Shown one piece after another: positions 34,701 through 43,113 of a stretch of 43,113 nt of DNA. Position numbers and translations under genes: made by a program. The notes below the pieces were generated by a model that was not told where the DNA came from, ran no database searches, and saw nothing but the letters and a program-made list of their open reading frames with translations. The stretch is from Aplysia californica (taxonomy: Eukaryota). The stretch covers positions 2,604,655-2,647,767 of the forward strand of contig NW_004797273.1 of NCBI RefSeq assembly GCF_000002075.1, read 5' to 3'. Position 1 is the first letter of the stretch. Each line of letters begins with the position of its first letter.

Positions 34701-37700
34701 CAAACACTGCGTTCCTTGGATACAAAAATGTGGGTTTGGAATGGCCTTCCATTGTGAGCAAGGGGGTGATCTCATTCATGCAACCGTGGCCTAACAGACA
34801 AAGAAAAACACGTCAAAACAATCATGCAGTCACAACACGTCCAAACCCACCCTGAGCTACTCTGTCGTGTGCACCACCAATCAAAAGATGAAAGCTTACA
34901 GCGGAAAAATGAGATAATTCCTCCAGTCCAGCAATATTGTGTTCTTTTTGTATTTTGTGTTTAGGTTGTGTTTTCATAAGTGTATCGGCAAGAAAGATCT
35001 GTCCTGTAGTTACATGTATCGTGGATATCGCTATGAAAAAACAAGGTCGCAAAGCAAGAGTATTGCAAAAATCAACTTCAAACCTGAATAATTACGGATC
35101 CAGAAACTTCGTGCATATGCCCCTTTGTCAGTACAAATTTCATTATGTTCTCAGTCCTGTGTGCAAATTTGATTGAATTCGTCGGGGGCAATCATATTTA
35201 AATCGATGTTTATAATTGATTACCCATGACACATTTATCAAATTAAGTCCCCTTTTTGAGGACTTCACAGCTTTTAAGTGTAAAGTACCATGTTCTTCCG
35301 ATTTCTTCATTTTCTTCCTTAATATGTTGAATATTTACGTGGTCTTTATTAAAATATTCATCTTACATTAGCTTTGGCTCACTGTGCTGGTAAACTTTGC
35401 AAAAAATACAAGAGCGCTGCCGGTGTTCGGCTGATTAGGGAAATCCCCGGCGGCGCAGGTAAATGACCCCGTGACCTGGGGAAGAGCGGGCTTGCTTGCC
35501 TCGCGCCAGCCGAAACTAAATGGGCGCTCTATAACCGCTGTGATAGATTCTATCTCGATCAATAACGGAATAGTGGATCAGGATCAAAATACCGGATAAA
35601 AGCGGAAAAGTGGCATCCCTGCAGGCTATAAAGGAAGAGGAAGGCCACAAAAAAGGTGGATTGAAAGTGTCAAGGAAACCCTGAGCAATCATAATATCCC
35701 AACTGAAAGAACTGCTGAGTTGGCCTTCCATAGAAAACTGCATCTCCCCTTGATGCTCAACGGCAACAGAAGAAGAAAAAAGTAAAAGTAAAGTAAGTAA
35801 AAAACTCATTTTGGAAGGATGAAAGAACAAGTACCGGATACAGTAGTGAGTTATGGAATGTCAAAAAAAACCCATGTCCATTTTCTTTTTGAGGACACAC
35901 TTACATCAGTATGTTCAATTTAAAAAAAAGAGAAATAAAGAAAAGGAAACTACTGTACACCTACCTTGCCCTTGAAGTAATGTGCCTTCACAGCGTTGCG
36001 GTCCAGCCTCAGGGCATTGTTGCAGTAGGAGATGACGCGGCCAAACTGCTTGAGGTAGTTGGAGCAGGTGGCACAGTTCAGGTACACCCTCAGGCTTTGC
36101 TTGGTCCACTGCGTCTGTTCCTCCTCATTCTTCAGATTGTATCTCTGGAGCACTTCTTCTGCCTGCAATAAGTGATGCACCAGCAATATCAGTCTCACAT
36201 CTAGATGCTCATTGGTCAAATTTATGATTGGATCAGGTAAGACATGCAACAATATTAGTCTCATATCTAGAAACAGTTGTCCTTTAGTCAAATTCAGGAT
36301 TGGATAGAGTAAGTGATGCAACAATAGCAGTCTCAGATCAACCAACAGGAGCCCGCTGGTCAAATTCATGATTGGATTATTGTGGGTTGGGTCGAGTAAT
36401 AGTGTTGGCCACTGCACATTGTATCAAATAAGACTTCAGCTTTGCTTCATCAAATTTGACCCAGCAGCCAATGAACGATACTCTCATATCCAACTTGTTC
36501 ACCAACTTGCTTCAAGACAACCTCTCATTTTCAGAAGGAGTTGAAGTTTGCTGCTTCACCTACAGTTGCTGGGAAGTTTATATATTTGCTCCGTGCTATT
36601 TACCGATGATTGCGCAGCCCGCTTTAACAATCGTATAATTGTGCAGCAATCTTAAGATTGCCGCAGCAATCTTAAGATTGCGACCCGCCTTTTAACAATC
36701 GTATAATTGCGCTGCAATCTGAAAATTGCGTTAATATTTTATATTTTTAGAATAATTATTTTAAAAAATTCATTCCGTCTTTATTCTTTTACTCACATCA
36801 AGGAACATTCACATATATTTTCCAAAGTGGAAAAATATGAAAATTAAAATTAAAATAAACATCAGAAACTGAAGAGCTCACAAGAATGATACAATGCCAG
36901 GCTCAAAGTTCCCAGAGTACATTTAGTTTATTTTATATTTTTTAAATAATAAAAAAAAAAAAAATTCACTTCCATCTTTTTATTTTTTACTCACATCAAG
37001 GAACATTCACATATATATATATCGATTTTCCAAAGTGTAAAAATATGAAAATAAAAAATTAAAATTAATGTATGAAACAAGTGTAAAAATATGAAAATCA
37101 AAACTAAAATCAAAATTAACATATGAAACTGAAGAGCTAACAAGAATGATACAATTATACGATCCTTAAAATGCACATCACAATCATCAGATTCTGCGCA
37201 AATATACAATCGACCGATCGCTAAAACCCGCAGCGCAATCTTGCACCCATCGGTAAATAGCGCGGAACATATTCACTAGTCGCAGGACTATGTCAAACTT
37301 ACTTTTAGTAGAGGTTTTACGGCTCTCGCAACTGCATATGAGCGCCAAGGGGTGGATGTCAACAGAGAAGTCTTTACAGGAAAACAGGCTTACTCTGCTC
37401 ACCTCTCTAGTTTCAACAGCACAAAGTCTGCTTCAACTATCAAGGCACCCCGGAAATAGCGGGTCACAAGAGTGTGGCAAACATACAAAAGAAGTAGAGG
37501 AAAATGACGATAGTAAGGATTAGGAAAGAAAAAGCAGCAGTTCCCTGTTGTAGTTCAGGCACAGTTATGAGCATGACATTGTTGGATCAGCCCATTTACA
37601 ATTCTACAGTGCATTAGAACGAGAAATGTCCCCCCCTTTGGGAATAGCCTAAAGACACTTCAGTCAGTGGCACCACTCCGGGGGGGTTATGTCAAACTAA

Positions 37701-38274
37701 AATCTGAAGCAACTGTTCAACTCTGAAAGGAAAACTGTCTATCGATAATATAAATCCACCAAATTATGTTTTAAATCTTTCAATTCAATTTTTTAAAATT
37801 AAAAATATCTCGAGGTAGCTGACAGACATCAAATGTGAATTTAAAAGAAGACAAAACAAGGACCACAGCCTATCATTATGAGAAACATCAGCATAAACAT
37901 CACAATCACAAGCATCAACAGAACAGTGATTATACAACACCCATTAAAGGGAGGGGGGGGGGGTGTAATCACTTTTCAGAATAATCTAGATATCCATCTT
38001 GACATGATAAGAAATACGTGTAAAAATCTTGTTGCAAGCGCAGTTACAAAAGTACATGAATAAACACGTCTCCTATCTATTAGTGTGAGCAAAAAGATTT
38101 TGAACCAACCCATCTTCTCTGTAATAGCCTAAGTAAATAAAAAGAATATGCTTTTATACTCGCTATACCAGCTAATCCACAACACAGAGCGGACAACAGC
38201 ACCAGCATGCCTACCTTTCTGTATTTACCAAGAGCTCTGTGATATTCACGCTTCTCAAAGTACTCTTTTCCCTC
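25451..38274 (-). CDS. FKBP6: Partial FKBP6/Shutdown-like TPR co-chaperone (TPR1-3, capping helix, linker, R3H-like tail); join(38215-38274,35965-36162,32258-32367,28568-28644,27472-27568,25451-25577); 5' FKBP-domain exons and last exon not resolved
   Basis: Six GT-AG exons with consistent phases (0,0,2,1,2). Three TPRs followed by the large-FKBP motif EKSLYRKMF. The 198-nt and 110-nt exons and junctions K|A, GK|A and LA-K resemble my recollection of vertebrate FKBP6 exons 6-7 (needs verification). The PPIase domain is not seen in the window. Confidence 0.8.
27472..27568 (-). CDS. FKBP6: FKBP6-like exon (acidic linker plus helix: TSGDKEKEESVERPSQPPCSDGFRALVQEQF)
   Basis: Acceptor ctctttctctgtacag|, donor GA|GTGAGT, 97 nt, phase 1/2. 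Confidence 0.8.
28568..28644 (-). CDS. FKBP6: FKBP6-like exon (SIKEHTSFEKSLYRKMFSQPASDAG)
   Basis: Acceptor tttcttataacag|, donor G|GTAGGT, 77 nt, phase 2/1; EKxxYxKMF motif. Confidence 0.88.
31060..31449 (-). mobile_element. Retroposon family A, full-length
   Basis: Colinear with 37300-37687 from tail to the GGGGGGT end; TSD not clear. Confidence 0.85.
31555..31683 (-). mobile_element. Degenerate tRNA-derived SINE (family of 8680-8857)
   Basis: GACCTGAGTTTGATTCC B-box-like motif; GCTGGGATG...TAAATGATC. Confidence 0.55.
31913..32129. mobile_element. Possible piggyBac-type MITE
   Basis: AACCCATTTGAACTACAG vs reverse complement TTAACCTCTTAAACCCTACAG; TTAA is intact only on the right. Confidence 0.35.
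32258..32367 (-). CDS. FKBP6: FKBP6-like exon (TPR3b: ALHSLGSFEDAKQSLRTARNLKPSDMLINNALKDLA)
   Basis: Acceptor ttttccatttccag|, donor AA|GTGAGT, 110 nt. Absent from the ORF track; found by reading the minus strand. Confidence 0.88.
33194..35621. mobile_element. hAT-type non-autonomous element
   Basis: 13-bp perfect TIR CAGGGATGCCACT; flanks CAGGTT / CAGGCT (6-bp TSD, 1 mismatch). Confidence 0.8.
33240..35386 (+). mobile_element. Chapaev-type (CMC superfamily) DNA transposon, internally deleted; transposase remnant ~33955-34800
   Basis: HMVGIVLKHHRLLE, ITPQAYHSRSFIGSHCHKY, IPKQHI..HCVPWIQKCGFGMAFHCEQGGDLIH. Putative ends CACGGTT and CACAGTG (reverse complement); no TSD seen, so the ends are tentative. 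Confidence 0.75.
35965..36162 (-). CDS. FKBP6: FKBP6-like exon (TPR2-TPR3a)
   Basis: Acceptor ttattgcag|, donor AAG|GTAGGT, 198 nt; LRVYLNCATC...CNNALRLDRNAVKAHYFKGK. Confidence 0.9.
36168..36378. repeat. Three diverged ~70-bp tandem units abutting the FKBP6-like exon acceptor
   Basis: Recurrent GTCAAATT(C/T)A(T/G)GATTGGAT and AGTCTCA(C/T/G)ATC motifs with a 69-72 nt period. Confidence 0.8.
36587..37269. mobile_element. Ginger-like MITE
   Basis: TIR TG(C/T)TCCG(T/C)GCTATTTACCGATG, TG...CA termini, 4-bp TSD TATT; internal palindromes GCAATCTTAAGATTGC and an internal direct duplication with ~200-bp period. Confidence 0.75.
37300..37687 (-). mobile_element. Retroposon family A, full-length
   Basis: Perfect 11-bp TSD TATGTCAAACT (37289-37299, 37688-37698); I/Nimb-type tail. 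Confidence 0.92.
38215..38274 (-). CDS. FKBP6: FKBP6-like exon (TPR1: EGKEYFEKREYHRALGKYRK)
   Basis: Acceptor ttcttttttcctcag|, donor AAG|GTAGGC, 60 nt, phase 0/0. Confidence 0.85.
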
Positions 38275-38519
38275 CTGAGGAAAAAAGAATTTATTATGTG
38301 ACACAAACAAAGATGGTACATACATCATGAACTTATTCTCTGAAGTTAGAGAATAGATTAATTATGGTCACTAAAGAGAACCCTAAAAAAATTAAAGTTT
38401 TTCCCCAACACAACATAGCTACTTCAGGTTCTTCAGTATATATTTAAGTATGACCAACAGATCATTCCTTTATCTAGCATAAACATAACTCTCATACAAT
38501 ACTTAATCCCGCACAGTTA

Positions 38520-39213
38520 AGCCGGTCCCAGAGTGGCTCTGTAGGTCTGACCTGTAGCTCGCCTGGCTCGCTCCGTGAAAATGAATGTATACATTATTGT
38601 GTGCTAAAGCAGCGTAGCTGTATCGTCTGTTTTTTGTCTGCAGAGCTGCGCGATGCGTCAGACGTGCTATTCAACAGTGTTGTAAAAATGGCGGACATGT
38701 GTCGCCTCGCTTGGTGTTTATTTTCGACTGAAACTCTTCACAGATCATCAAAATCAACAAGAAGTATGTATTATTAGGTGCTTTACTATTAAATATTGAT
38801 GCTAGCCTCAACACTTGGCCACAAAATCACCAAGAAATGCACTTTATCATACTTTGAAACTTCGAATCGAGAGGTTGACCTAGTTTCGACTGTTGTCGTA
38901 GGCCTTGGCCTAGGCCTAAATTTAGGCTAGGTGTGCTTCTCTAGATTTAGATCTACTTTCCGAACTGCACTCCCTCCTTGGCTGGGTGCACAACCAAACA
39001 TAGATCTAGATCTAGATCCACGTTTATTCATTAATTAATACTTTCTCTCTCTCTCTCTCTCTCTCTCTCTGAGCTAAAATAAATTAATTCTAGTAGGCCT
39101 AGGCTAGACATACAGCCCGAGATGATCAGCAGATCTAGATCTAGATCTAGATCTAGCCTTGCATTGTAACCAATGTAAACTATCGCCGCGTGCAGCTGCA
39201 AGTGTGTTTGTGT

Positions 39214-39244
<31 letters not shown>

Positions 39245-39518
39245 GGCTGCACTTGGCACATGACGTAAAGAAAGAAGAGTTGTCCCGTCTTGGTACCATT
39301 GGTCTTGGATTACACAGTACCTAAATATAGCAAGGCAGACCCGTCAGTTGCACACCTACACACGTCAACACACAGTGCGGCTGTGCTGAGACGCAGCGAG
39401 TGTGCCCCGCGCTCGCTGAGACATAGGCGCCAACCCACAGTGCAACTGTGCTGACACGCACACGGCGTGCGCCAGGCCAGCTACAGGTCAGGCCTACAGA
39501 GCCACTCTGGGACTGGCC
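38520..39518. mobile_element. PIF/Harbinger-type non-autonomous element
   Basis: ~58-bp TIRs ((A/G)GCC(G/A)GTCCCAGAGTGGCTCTGTAGG...) with TTA TSD on both sides. Confidence 0.88.
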
Positions 39519-39988
39519 TTACACATGAAGGGCTGAGATGCAAAACCCTCTACGTCCAATTTAGCATTTTTGAGAAAAACAGCTTATTTCAATTTAGCAC
39601 TTTTGAGAAAATCAGCTTATTTCAATGCTGCTATACACAGAAACATGAATAAAAAGATTTTTTGGTGGCTTTTATGAAGTATATGATGTTGGGTTTTGGC
39701 CGAAAACACTTTGTGCATCTGACAACTGGTAACAAAGTGCATTTAATAGCAAATAATTATAATAATTTTCATTTTTTAAAAAAATGTCGGTTAGCAGGTT
39801 TTCCATTTCACCCCCTCACATATTTCGCCAAAATTCCCCAAGATGGCCACCTACTGTCGAGGAGAATAGTAGTTGTCTTACACTGGTGAACGTCTTGGAC
39901 GTTGATAATACTATTACTATCATTATATATTTTTTATGCAAGGGTAGAGATGGGAAGTGATTTGGTGGGGGGGATGGGGATGGGGGAT

Positions 39989-40400
39989 GAGCATTTTACG
40001 GCGCTCGCAACGGCATAAGGTCATATGAGCATGCGGGACAAACCAAACATTTTCAGTTAATAGAAAATTTAGAATTTTGCCCGAGGGGGACCTCCCAAGA
40101 TTTTTCGCCCTAGTCTGAAAAGGCTAGGGGTAGATCTTACCTACCATAAAATCAGGGGGTGGCTGTAAGACAGGAGCCAAGGAGAAGCGATAGAAATGCT
40201 GCAAAAAGAGTCAGGAGCCCAGAGGAGGGGGCAAAGGAGGTGAGGGGGAGGGAGCACAAAATGAAGACGAAAGCAGAAGACAGAACATTGTTAGAGAGCA
40301 GGAAAGGATGTGAAAGAATACAATTTTATAGAAAAAAATTTTCTGGCGCTATTCGGATTCGAACCCGCAACCTATTGGACGAGAGCCCTCAGTGTTGTTT
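39989..40400 (-). mobile_element. tRNA-headed SINE with I/Nimb-type tail
   Basis: B box GGTTCGAATCC at ~40355-40365 (minus), pyrimidine-rich body, tail GCTCATATGACCTTATGCCGTTGCGAGCGCCGTAAAA. Confidence 0.75.
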
Positions 40401-41299
40401 GAATGCAGATGACTGTCTTGGACAGGTGGCTGTTAAAGTAAGTTCGAATGTACACATATTTGACATTTGAAAACAACATTGATTTTCTGTAAAACCTGCA
40501 GGGAGAAAACAAATTATTTTGTGTCAGAAGAGAAGCTAACTTTATGGTCATGTACATACGAACAGAATGTCCTGACTTTGGACAGACCCGAAGGAAATAT
40601 TTTAAATCATTGATATTATATAGATCATTGATCACTGCTGTTCTCGAGCGGAGCACTTAGTAACCTGAGGAACTGACCCGGTCAACCATGCCACGCCCGC
40701 GTGGTCATGGAGGTCACTATAATCTTTGCTCTACGAGTAAACTATTATGACTTTACAATTTTTATACAGTTTAATAGCGTCATCGTGGCTTTTCCCATAA
40801 ACAAATCAATGTGAAATTATTATCAACAGATAGAGGCATTCTTGGACTGTACAGCAAATAACTTTTTATAGATATTCTTAGCAGGGCACCCTTTAAAACA
40901 TGGGCGCTCATGGGGGCATCTATGGGGAAAATTTTTACGTGGGTCTACTTTTTAAAATTATGATATTTTAAAATGTGTACACCAGATCTCTAAAATAATC
41001 AGTGGCACACAACAGTCACATGATGAGCTTTCAGATTCAGTTACATTTGCTTTGATTAATTCAGATATGGGGAACTTGTATAAGATTTACTACTGACCAA
41101 TTAATGAAACGAAAGATTTTTTGTCGTCTCCTCACAGTTTTCACAAATAGGAAACTTGTAGAAGATTCACTGCTATCCAATTCCATGAAACAAGATTTTC
41201 CTCGTTGTCTCCTCACAGTTAGAGCTGTTTTCACATTCACAAACACATTACATATGAATACCCAAAATTATAACAATAATTGCAAAAGGGTCTTTGTAT

Positions 41300-42140
41300 C
41301 CACAGGCTAGTCGTCCTCTTCTTTTTTTTCTATTCCCAAGCTGCTGCCACAGCGTAGACGCATTTTGCAGTCTGTGGGCCTCAAATACAGCTTTCAACTG
41401 TTTCCCTTTTCCTATAATTCCCACTGTCCTCTTCTCCAGTTTTGCGATGCTGGAGTGTTCAAGTTTGCCACCCTGCTCGCCCATTAAACCCAGGCCAAAT
41501 CCATATCTTTTAATAAAAGGCAGACAGTGGTGCTCTATGTGTTGTTTGGGTGTGACTGTGTTTGGAAATAGTAGTCTGTACAGCTTCAAATAAGCACAAA
41601 TTGCTGTTCTTATAAAGTCAAACTCAGTTTCTTATATTTTATGTATGTAAGAGATGAGGTGGTGTACTTCCGCATAGCTGTTGTTTAATAAATCAGATTT
41701 CTGTCTGATTGTGTGGGCTGCATCTATGGTGTTTTGGTTAGATGTAAGAGCCGCAGTGTGTGTACAAATGTATTTGTGATGTTTGTGTACACTGGGCGCT
41801 TCAGTATTGGTGACAGTGGTTTCTTATCAGAGGTTGATTACGGTAAGGTGTCCAGCTGTGTAAACTTTCTTCAATACTTTTTTGTGCGGCAGATAAGGTT
41901 GCTTCTCAAACTAGTTTCCTTAAGCGGTAAATGCGTTGTACACACATTTGTTGCACAATTTACAGGGACGCGTGTCAGAACCATCCGTGTCCACGTTTAC
42001 TCGATAGAAAACAAGTATGTCATTTTTTAAATTTACACAAAAATATCTGCCCTGGTTTGTTTCTTAGTTTTTCGACTTCTGACCCTGCATGTTCTACAAT
42101 GTTTTTTAAAACACTCAAGGCGTAGTTCCTATGTATGTTA
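41300..42140 (-). mobile_element. Second Chapaev-type transposase remnant (element ends undefined)
   Basis: N-terminal Chapa-like Zn finger (CRTC...YFC...NVDTDGSDTRPCKLCNKC) joined to NHCHQY...LYRLLFPNTVTPKQHIEHHCLPFIKRYGFGLGLMGEQGG; stops and frameshifts present. Confidence 0.8.
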
Positions 42141-42920
42141 CATTTTCCCTCTTGTAGCAGATTTTTCTAACAGTTGTTCTTAAAGCATATGGGAAAGTGA
42201 AAGCGGGACCTCGGATGAATACCGCGCAGGGCAGCACGGCAGTCGGGAAAATATCACAGGGTGAAGTAACAGAACTCGCCGTCCTGCTAAAGTTTTCCAG
42301 TGAATCTAAACGATTTTTTCACAAATAATCTCCTTACTGATTCTTGATACGGCAGATAAAAAAATTGATAACAATCTGCATTTCAGAAATGGAAAAATTA
42401 TCATGATCTTTGTAGCAATCCGAGAAATATGTGCACCACAAGGTAGGGTTAAGTACAGAGGTAGTGTGTGTACACGTTCAGATCTAGAAATGAACTAAAG
42501 AAAGCGTTTTTTTGGGGAAGACTCAGGGCTTTCATTTGATACCACACACATCCATAGTGATAGATAAGAGAGGACATTTACTACAGGGGTTTATATAGAG
42601 AAAATATTACAGACTTTCTTCCCAAAATCGGCCTATAGCGCTATTACACGCGCGGCCCGACAGTCAGGTGGGATTCATCATAATTTACGACTCCAGGAGG
42701 TCAGCGGACGGGTTAAACTGAGTGGTCCTCAAGGATAGTAGAACTGAACAGCCATGCGCTGATTCAAACAGAATTCTCGATTTCATAAGACCGTTGGTCT
42801 TTATTCAAATATATAAACAGTGTTATTTTATAACATAAATGCTACTTCAACCATTTTGAGAGGCAAAGTAAAACCAAGCTGGGCTATGAACTAATGTGAA
42901 AAGAACTAACTTATGTCCAA

Positions 42921-42985
42921 TGTGCTCATATGACCTTTTGCAGTTGCCAGTGCCTTAAAAGTTTTACCAAACTAAATTAAAATCC
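42921..42985 (+). mobile_element. Isolated I/Nimb-type 3' tail (another at ~23130-23172, minus strand)
   Basis: GTGCTCATATGACCTTTTGCAGTTGCCAGTGCCTTAAAA...CAAACTAAA. Confidence 0.6.
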
Positions 42986-43113
42986 TACAATAATGTTGAG
43001 AAGACTAGAAAATTCATCAATCCGATCTGTGAGTGGAGTGCTGTGTTTCTGTTTTTCCATACAGTCTGCAGTTTCGTCAAGCCAGTATAGTTGCTACCTG
43101 GGTAAACGTGGAG

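Larger units (their letters stand above)
32790..35800 (+). mobile_element. RTE/RTE-X LINE 3' fragment split by nested insertions (32790-33193 and 35622-35800)
   Basis: TWTLSKTQESKITACEMKCL...RLDRQRNEDVRE...KWFGHL...KHSG continues after 35621 as GYKGRGRPQKRWIESVKE, then an (AAGT)n tail. Confidence 0.85.

Noticed and set aside
36600-36730. CRISPR-like repeat-spacer appearance
   Set aside because: Eukaryotic context, irregular units without unique spacers, no cas genes; lies inside a MITE.
40340-40400. tRNA gene candidates here and at 8800-8857
   Set aside because: B boxes are present but there is no complete cloverleaf, and each continues into a SINE body.
40430-40515. Strong minus-strand acceptor (ttttctccctgcag) as an upstream FKBP6 exon
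   Set aside because: No frame resembles the FKBP domain or the pre-TPR helix, and no convincing phase-0 donor follows.
33240-42140. Possible ProtoRAG (RAG1L-RAG2L) locus, since two convergent RAG-related remnants and a CACAGTG heptamer are present
   Set aside because: Both remnants are the same Chapaev-type transposase class; no kelch/PHD RAG2-like frame or nonamer, and host exons lie between them.

Overview
Eukaryotic, repeat-rich scaffold segment with four N gaps (2281-2430, 6582-6732, 13036-13183, 26502-27360); the repeat content and gene families suggest a mollusc, probably a gastropod (inference). I could reconstruct three genes by hand. (1) An intronless MNK/MKNK-like Ser/Thr kinase on + (3850-4911) with altered regulatory motifs. 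(2) A complete six-exon, 406-aa divergent rhodopsin-class GPCR on - (7621-14996) with all splice phases consistent. (3) The 3' part of an FKBP6/Shutdown-like TPR co-chaperone on - (six phase-consistent exons, 25451-38274), extended by a degenerate R3H-like domain; its first exons and last exon are unresolved. The rest is transposon debris: mariner, pogo-type, Harbinger, Ginger-like and hAT TIR elements; two Chapaev (RAG1-N-terminus-like) deletion derivatives; RTE, L2 and I/Nimb LINE 3' ends; tRNA SINEs; and a ~390-bp non-tRNA retroposon sharing the I/Nimb 3' hairpin tail. No CRISPR, rRNA or intact tRNA genes. All family assignments come from recalled motifs, not database searches.
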